From Eledone cirrhosa (taxonomy: Eukaryota), in the NCBI GenBank assembly GCA_964016885.1, contig OZ024742.1:58218001-58282000 (forward strand): 64,000 bases of DNA. The letters run 5' to 3'. The notes below the pieces were generated by a model. That model was not told the origin of the DNA. It was given only the letters and a program-made list of their open reading frames with translations, and ran no database searches. The position numbers were made by a program, and so were the translations under genes. Below, piece by piece: positions 57,201 through 64,000 of the stretch (the stretch's first letter is position 1; each line of letters opens with the position of its first letter).

Positions 57201-57350
57201 GGGAGTTGTGACCAACTGAACATCTACATGTGGTAACAATTATTTATATTAATTTATTTGACTTCTGTGAAGTAAAACCATGTCACAACACTCACCTGCA
57301 ATTATTGTCATTCTTTGATAATTTATATACACTGATACTAATATCCTAAA
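48242..57350 (+). mobile_element. Gypsy family A copy 2 with both LTRs; internal deletions; hosts Gypsy B
   Basis: LTRs 48242-48678 and 56843-57350. TSD AAGC at 48238-48241 and 57351-57354. PBS TGGTGACCCC at 48680. PPT GGAGGAGGG at ~56831. Gag to 50010, RT YIDD at ~55170, RNase H 55262-56263. Protease DTG site and integrase core are deleted. Confidence 0.95.
50340..54696 (+). mobile_element. Gypsy family B nested in A, 3'-deleted
   Basis: LTR TGTAGT...GTCACA 50340-50602. PBS at 50604. Gag ~51574-52351. Pol 52315-54483 ([12 protein letters not shown], RNase H VDASD, integrase zinc finger). The frameshifted integrase core (HIDIVG, TTDRG) runs to ~54696. Confidence 0.93.
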
Positions 57351-59099
57351 AAGCTAAGGCAACACAGTCAAAAGCCTACTTTGATTAGTTTTTTCCTAAC
57401 ATCTTCCAACACAATGCTGTTATATCGGCTTTAATAGTTTTTTTTTTTCCTCCACTATTGATTCTTTATATTGTCAGCTTAAAATCACTGTAACACACAT
57501 TCCTAACACCGTGCATTAACAGAGTTACAAACTTATAGCTACAAAGCAAAGACACACTCACAAATACAATGTTAGAAGCTACACAATTAATCAATCAGGA
57601 AAGTTATCAACACATTGTCTGAACCTAAACATACCACTGCATATACACTGACAGCCGTTTGACCGAATATCTATTGATATATAACACTATAAACACAACG
57701 TAAATTTGCAATAGTAGCTTCTCTCAAGACGGAATTATCTAGATGAAATGACCACTGTCAACAGAATCACAAAAATACCTTGAACCATAATTGACCAGGA
57801 ATGTGCTGGAAAGGTCAAATATGTGTTTCGCTGAGGATCTGATTTGAATGCCTAATATACACAAAAACTCAGCGATGTCCAATAGTGCTAAGTTTAATAT
57901 CCGGATTGCAGACTTAGCAAGAGTAATGAAGAATGTGTACCGCATGTGCAATCCAACCGAACTGGTGAGACACATACAATTCATCAATCGCATACAATTC
58001 ACTGGCTACAACCAAAAAGACAGAATCAGGGTGTGCAAAGGGAGGCATGGTGAAATGTAAGACCCTCATAGAGATGGATATGAAAGGGATTTGCCCACTG
58101 TACAGGAGCAAATCATGGAATAGCATATATAGAACCAGACAAAAGATAGGAAAAGCCAACTCATGGTACAAGAGATACCAGAGTGTCATGTTCGTGGATG
58201 CTACCCCTGGAGGTGAACTAACCACCCAATTTAGAAAGGCCCTAAAAAAGACCTATTTAAATATTAAAGAGGTAGAAAAGCCAGGAACTACCATAAAAGC
58301 CCTGATCAGTTAAGAAAACCCACTGTACAAATTAGAAATGTGTAATATGTAGATTAAGTCCACAAATAGATTGTAAAACTAGAAATGAAGTCTATAGCAT
58401 AAGATACGCAGAAGGTGCCTGTAGAAATATGACAATGACATACATACGTAGCATAGGAGAGAGGATAAATGAACACTGGAGTGAACTAAAAGGACAAAAA
58501 TACAATTCAGTACTATATGAACATGCCAAATTAAGACATGATAGTAATATAGACAACATAGAAATGAAAATAGTATCTAAACATAGGATTGACTCCACAA
58601 TTAGACAAATTAGAGAAGCTAGAAAAACAAAATTAAGAAAACCTAGGCTGAACAGAAAACATGAATGGAATATCAATAACAACATCCACACATAAACACA
58701 CACTAATGACCAAAGGTAGAATATAAACACAAACAGACAGACAGACATGAACACACAAACACACCAAACAGAATACACATACATACAGACAACAATAAAT
58801 GAATAAATAAAATAGAACAAGAAAATATTACAAGAATACAACAGGAGGAAACAGAAACATTACTGATATGTCCAGTTGTGTGATGAAAGAACTCTGAGAA
58901 ACTATATTTTTTAACTGTTGGTCAATCAATGATAAACATTGACTGCCAGCTTAATTATAAAAATAATTTTTTAAATGTCTAAATATACTGAAGCGAAAAC
59001 TAATCCAAACCGAACAGAGAGTGTGTTTTACTATATTTTTCTGGCAATATTATAACATGATCCTCCCAAATATAACAATATATATATATAATACCCGAA

Positions 59100-59510
59100 C
59101 TCAGGAATAAAATTAAGCTCAGCCTATGGTCACTAAGAAGGTCATAGACAGGTTCTCCTAAATGGACAAGAAGTCCGAAACTTGATTTGTCCAACTAAAC
59201 ATATTGAACTACGATGCTCCTATCCCCCACATCACCATGAATAAAGCATTAATCTCAGCCATGTGTAGATCTAGCCACAGTAGAAAGGAGGTTGATATTA
59301 TTCTATAAGTGTCTTCCTAGCTTTTAAAAGCTAAGAAGACACTTATAGAATACAAGGATAAATTCTGTGAAAGACAAGACAGACCTGATGGTTTTGATAT
59401 CACTATGAGGTCCAATGACTCCACCTAAATCACCAACATAGTAAGAATTTACTTCTTATGTAAGCTCAGAGAGGAGATCCCAAGCATAGGAGTGGGACTA
59501 TATTTCTGAA
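59100..59510 (+). mobile_element. Highly decayed Penelope RT fragment
   Basis: Remnant KAKKTLIEY..GFDITMRSNDST..., similar to the other Penelope RTs in the window. Confidence 0.55.
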
Positions 59511-59608
59511 TTTTCATCCAACAAAGATTGTTATTTTGATAGTGAAAATTTCCAGGATGACATTGAAAATATTACAGCGACATGGTCAACGAACACAACA
59601 CCCATATA

Positions 59609-60130
59609 CAGGGCCCACCAAAAAAATGTATACACACTTTAAAAAAATTAAAACTTGTATAAATACCTCTATAAATATAAATACTTCTTTCAAAGTTTGA
59701 TCAAATTGCAATAGCACAGTGTACTGTAGTACAATGTTGTCTCAACAAATGGTGTTACCCTCATGGCTGTAGCATCAAGAAGTAATGTCTACAACAATGA
59801 CAAAATGTTAGAGGCACGGTTGTGAACTGAGGAATGTAAAATCATTTCAAAGTGGTATTTCAAATTTGAGAATGTTGTTGAAGTCCAATGACAATAGAGG
59901 CGTGAGTTTGGAAAAAAACCTCTAAGATGCTTGAGAATTTCACGGATTCGTGAAAAATTCAAAACACATGGAACCATGTGTTTTGTGCATAAAGGAAAAG
60001 CTGGCAGACCTTGTACAGAAACAAATGCTGCTTCCTCAACTATAGTATTGGAACAGTTCACACGTTTGCCACAGAAGTCTACCTCATAAGGTTGGCACTG
60101 ATCACTTGACATGAAAAGGAGTGATTGGAC
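59609..60130 (+). mobile_element. Tc1/mariner 5' fragment (DUF4817-type HTH)
   Basis: TA|CAGGG start. Decayed KWYFKFENVVEVQ..RREFG..ISRIREKFKTHGT. Confidence 0.65.
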
Positions 60131-60560
60131 GGAATGGCAATCCCAAATTAAATTCAAATGGAGAGGCCTTATTAGACTTCTGTTCTAGTAATGGAACATC
60201 CATAAATATATATGGTATAAGGGGAATAATGTACAGAGATAATAATCGATTTTGTTATTGTCTCTGATCTCTTCAATTTTGTCAAGAGAGGAACTGAGCT
60301 GTCAACTGGTCACCATCTGCAACTTGAGACTACCTAACGCCAATGAAGTCAACCCATGGGGTAAAGTGGGAAGCATTGGCAGATAAGGAAGTCAGGGCAA
60401 GTTATGCAGATATTGCATCCAAATTCGGAGAACTCCCTGAACAAACTGAAGATGTTGAAACAGACTGGAGATTGTTTAGCTTGGCAGTTTCTGTTTCAAT
60501 TAAATGCTGTGGGTGAAAGCAGCTTGGCATGGTGGCAGAGGAATCTTTGCTTCAATCAAG
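60130..60560 (+). mobile_element. Decayed LINE APE endonuclease fragment
   Basis: NSNGEALLDFC, IDFVIVS and RGTELSTGHHL remnants. Confidence 0.6.
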
Positions 60561-60729
60561 AGAACATAAGCAAAAGAATCGCTAACCTTTCTTTTAATAA
60601 AGTCATCTATTAAAACGCCATTCTAGCCAACAGCAGTTTCTCAGAAAAAATACCTTACTCCTAAACAACACCTAGGAAGAATAGTAGAAATAATCAATCA
60701 CAAGGACAAAACCCTGATTCCGTCAGGGA

Positions 60730-61556
60730 AATGGCCATGTTCGATATGCAGAAAAGGAACTGGCATAAATTCTATAAAATGCACACAATGCAGATCCTGG
60801 GTACACAAGAGATGTAGCGGGATAGCAGGCAAACTAACAGGTAGGGAGAAATATGTATGCAGTAGATGTACAGGGAAATTAGACAGTAGAAGTCACATTG
60901 ATAGACACATTTTTCAGATGCAGGAGGGCGCTATAGAAGTGGTGGATAGCTTCCGGTACCTAGGAGATCAGATTAGCATGGGAGGAGGGTGTTCCGAGGC
61001 CATAGTATCTAGAATAAGGACGAGTTGGAAAAAGTTTAGGGAGCTGCTTCCTCTGTTGACGAAGAAGGGTTTCTCCTTGCGTACAAAAGGCCGCTTGTAT
61101 GATGCCTGTGTGAGGAGCGCGATGTTGCATGGTAGTGAGACATGGGCAGCAACTGCAGAGGATATGCGACGGCTGGAGAGAAATGAGGCAAGCATGCTCC
61201 GTTGGATGTGCAGTGTAAATGTGCGTGAACGACCCAGCATAAATGTGTTGAGAGAGAAACTGTGTGAGAGGGATAGAATGTAGTGTACGGGAGAGGAGAC
61301 TGAGGTGGTATGGACATGTAATGCGCATGGAGGATGACCAATGGGTGAAGAAGTGCCAGGAAATGCCAGTTGAAGGAAGACGTGGTAGAGGTAGACCACG
61401 AAAAATATGGGCGGAGGTGATGAGAACAGACCACAGATCATTGAAGCTCACGGTGGAGATGACAAAGGACCGTGACGAGTGGAGAGATGCTGTGCTGAAT
61501 AAGACCCGTCCCACCCTTGCAAGCAGGGAAAAGCGGACGTAAAATGATGATGATGG
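60730..61556 (+). mobile_element. RTE-clade LINE 3' fragment
   Basis: CSICRKGTG..CTQC..WVHKRC, IEVVDSFRYLG, LHGSETW, LRWYGHV, RGRGRPRK. (ATG)n tail. Confidence 0.9.
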
Positions 61557-62140
61557 TTCTCCCTTCCACTATTAATGTTAAAACCACCATAAGCAAAAAT
61601 GTTTTAGCCCTTATTGATAAACACTTCCTCATAGACCATAAGTATAGACCAATTTTTTGACATACAATGAAAATCAGTTACCCTTGTGCAAAAAAACATG
61701 AAAGCTCAGATCGCCAACAAACCCAAGAGCGCTCCCACATCAAGATGCTCTAGAAGAAAACCAGAATCATGCTGTGTAGATCAGCAGTGCAACATACTTG
61801 AGGTCGTATTTTAAGCTGAGGTAACCTCCATCCAACTGAATCATCAGCAGGATTTCAGGACATGTGGGTATGTCATAAGGTCACTTCAAAAGCCGCTTCC
61901 AAAACCATGAAATGACTTTTAGTCACCCAGATAAACAAACAGCCATGAAACTGCCTGGTCACTGAATGATGTAGGTTTGGACTTCTCCATTAAATGGAAA
62001 ATCCTGGAAAAAATCAAGTCTTTACCTAAACTGTAAGAAACATAAATTGTGCAACAATAAAGGATGGAATATCTTAAGACACCTGCATACTACAAAAACA
62101 TGCCTTAATATGAGGGCCGATTTTTTTTAAACTGCTGAAA
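61557..62140 (+). mobile_element. Decayed Penelope C-terminal/GIY-YIG fragment
   Basis: PFH..VKT..LIDKHF...FKSRFQNH...IKWKIL remnants. A degenerate hammerhead-like CTGATGA..GAAA lies at ~62490. Confidence 0.6.
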
Positions 62141-63165
62141 TACATCCTACATAATTAGAAGAGCTCTGGATAACATCTAAACAGCCATACTCCACAACCT
62201 TACACAATCCGAGCGTATCCCCATCCCTCATTATAAAATTTTGCCATCTACATCTAACCCCACCCCCCACCCCACTATCTCACACCCAAGAAACCTTTTA
62301 GATAAACAACCACTATATCTTTCCAGCCCACATAATACATTCCCCAACCCTAAACAGGAGTAATTTTCTATTTGGTACAAGTCTAAGAAAAAGTTCTGTC
62401 AACTGAACCCCCCAAGTTTTCACTTCACCCCTTCCGTAAGAACACTTTAGTGGGACTAATGCCAGCAGCATCCATTTCAAAGATGTTGGACTGATGAGCT
62501 GCAAAGATTACATATTTGTCAGATGAAAATGTGAATAATTTTGTGTATTTTTTTTTTTTTTTAGCAAAAGACTCCTAGTCTTCATTAAGTCATCTCTAAG
62601 AGGTAACTGATAAAAAAAAAAAAAAAAAAAAAAATTTTAAAAACCTGCAACTTCGTTTGCATCCAATATTGTTGACAAGTTCTACTTTTTGGGCAAATGC
62701 ATTCGATGTTCAGAGAGTGGGATTGGCCTCGTGCAAAGCCTTTCCTCACTTAAAAAAGCTTCAAGTACAGGCATCGCATGATATGTGACATATTTGTGGT
62801 GCATGGCATTGCTTTCCATAGGCAAGTCCCTAGCAGGACTAAAATGCCATGTCCATGATGTTCATGCTTAAGTATCAAGCGATGGCATTACTCGAAATCA
62901 AGTTGAAACCATCATGTATGTATGTATATGCATACACACACACTGTATCAGCTCATGTGTATGTCACCCAATTTTACATATATCTGCAATGTACCATACA
63001 ATTAAAATGAGGTTTTGTATGTCAAATACATACTGGTTTTTAATATATTTTTGTGGTAAAATATGAGTGCTGCCTATGAGTAAATCAGAAGTTATTACAA
63101 TTTTTAAAAAATCAAAAACAAAATTAAAAGAATTCAACAAATAAATAAAATCGCAATATTTACAA

Positions 63166-64000
63166 TTATTTCTGTTTAAAAAAAACTTCTAACTTTTTCA
63201 TGTGTGGGTTGGCTTTCAGCTTTTTCCCTTTACTCATATTTTGGGTTTTCCGCTTTTTCACTGAAATCTCTGAAGTCGAGGTCCTGTGGATCATCTCTCT
63301 GTTAACAGTTCCCTGTAATTCTTGAGCAAAATGGTAATCGTGATGTTCCTGCAGGTCCCAGACAAGGACTGACTTTCCGCAGTCTTCGCACTCAATATAA
63401 TCTAATTTGTCTCTCTCAGAATGCAATGCAGAATCGGTTGAATGGCATGAATCAACTGAATCTTCCTTAAAGAAATGGTGTTGCTGGAGGTCATCGAACG
63501 GCAGCTTTTGAGAAAGGCTGCTGTTCAGTTTTTCCTGGTTGGGCAAAAATACATTATCTCTGAAACCACCAGCAGGATAATTCACATCATCATCATCATC
63601 ACTAGCTATATAAATTACTGATGCTTCCTGCTTGGTAACATCACAATTATCAGGAGAATTCACACCAACATCATTCACAAATTCAGAAGAATCACATGAT
63701 TTTAACAGAGAATTATTATAATCAGAAGAATCTGCTTTGGAAGAATTTGAAGAGTTGTCAAAACCTAACATTTTGGCTTCAGAATGGAGTAATTTTTCTT
63801 CAATAGATCTAGCAGGTTTTTTTACTGGCAAAGCTTTCAATTTTTGGACCTCGTTTTGTTTCATTGCAAAGAAACTAGGTTTGCTCTCAGCCTTATCTTC
63901 CCCAGAATCTCTGACAACATTAAGGAAAGAACTTTTAGTTTTTATAGCATTGTTAGAAAATTCACAAATAGAATTAGCTAAAACATTTTGGGAAAAGAAC
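63166..64000 (-). CDS. POLH: DNA polymerase eta, C-terminal (last) coding exon, partial
   Basis: The frame is open from the window edge to the stop at 63166. UBZ3 CEDCGKSVLVWDLQEHHDYHFAQELQ (human pol eta as I recall: CEKCGSLVPVWDMPEHMDYHFALELQ), basic NLS KKRK..KKLK, terminal PIP box MKKLEVFF, and upstream FF motifs (possible REV1-interacting). Confidence 0.9.
   Translation of the reverse strand, partial: FFSQNVLANSICEFSNNAIKTKSSFLNVVRDSGEDKAESKPSFFAMKQNEVQKLKALPVKKPARSIEEKLLHSEAKMLGFDNSSNSSKADSSDYNNSLLKSCDSSEFVNDVGVNSPDNCDVTKQEASVIYIASDDDDDVNYPAGGFRDNVFLPNQEKLNSSLSQKLPFDDLQQHHFFKEDSVDSCHSTDSALHSERDKLDYIECEDCGKSVLVWDLQEHHDYHFAQELQGTVNREMIHRTSTSEISVKKRKTQNMSKGKKLKANPHMKKLEVFFKQK

Larger units (their letters stand above)
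47590..58700 (+). mobile_element. Penelope-like element 6, split by an unknown insert and by Gypsy A
   Basis: RT remnants GAGIGISIAGDIANLFM, LPVLDI and HYAKPMASK end at ~48088. The element resumes HKNSAMSNSAK..., MFVDATPGG and GIY-YIG SIGERINEH at 57850-58695. Confidence 0.75.

Noticed and set aside
62545-62640. Poly(T)/poly(A) runs as evidence that POLH is a processed retrocopy
   Set aside because: No TSD is visible and only the naturally long terminal exon is in the window, so this cannot be supported.

Overview
Eukaryotic, AT-rich, almost entirely transposon-derived window. The SINE, RTE and piggyBac-MITE sequences resemble octopod cephalopod repeats (my recall, not a database check). The only host gene is the last coding exon of DNA polymerase eta (POLH, minus strand, 63166 to the window end; UBZ finger, NLS, PIP box). 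Positions ~1-19.5 kb form a six-level nest (Penelope > hAT-Charlie > Tigger > hAT/ZMYM1-like > Gypsy > SINE, plus two piggyBacs), with several readable TIR/TSD pairs. Positions 19.5-31.8 kb hold a head-to-tail array of two diverged Tx1-clade LINE families at (TATC)n. Both families conserve a 67-nt GT-AG intron-like segment and co-varying hairpins in the 5'UTR, plus splice-like signals at the ORF1/ORF2 junction. Positions 32-62.5 kb hold many Penelope-like elements with at least six further minimal hammerhead ribozymes, RTE LINE fragments, and a Gypsy (non-canonical TG...AA LTRs, tRNA-Trp PBS) containing a second Gypsy. All TE ORFs are decayed. About 24 of 29 oriented elements lie on the plus strand, antisense to POLH, which suggests a uni-strand piRNA-cluster-like TE trap (hypothesis). 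Boundaries without a TIR/TSD are approximate.
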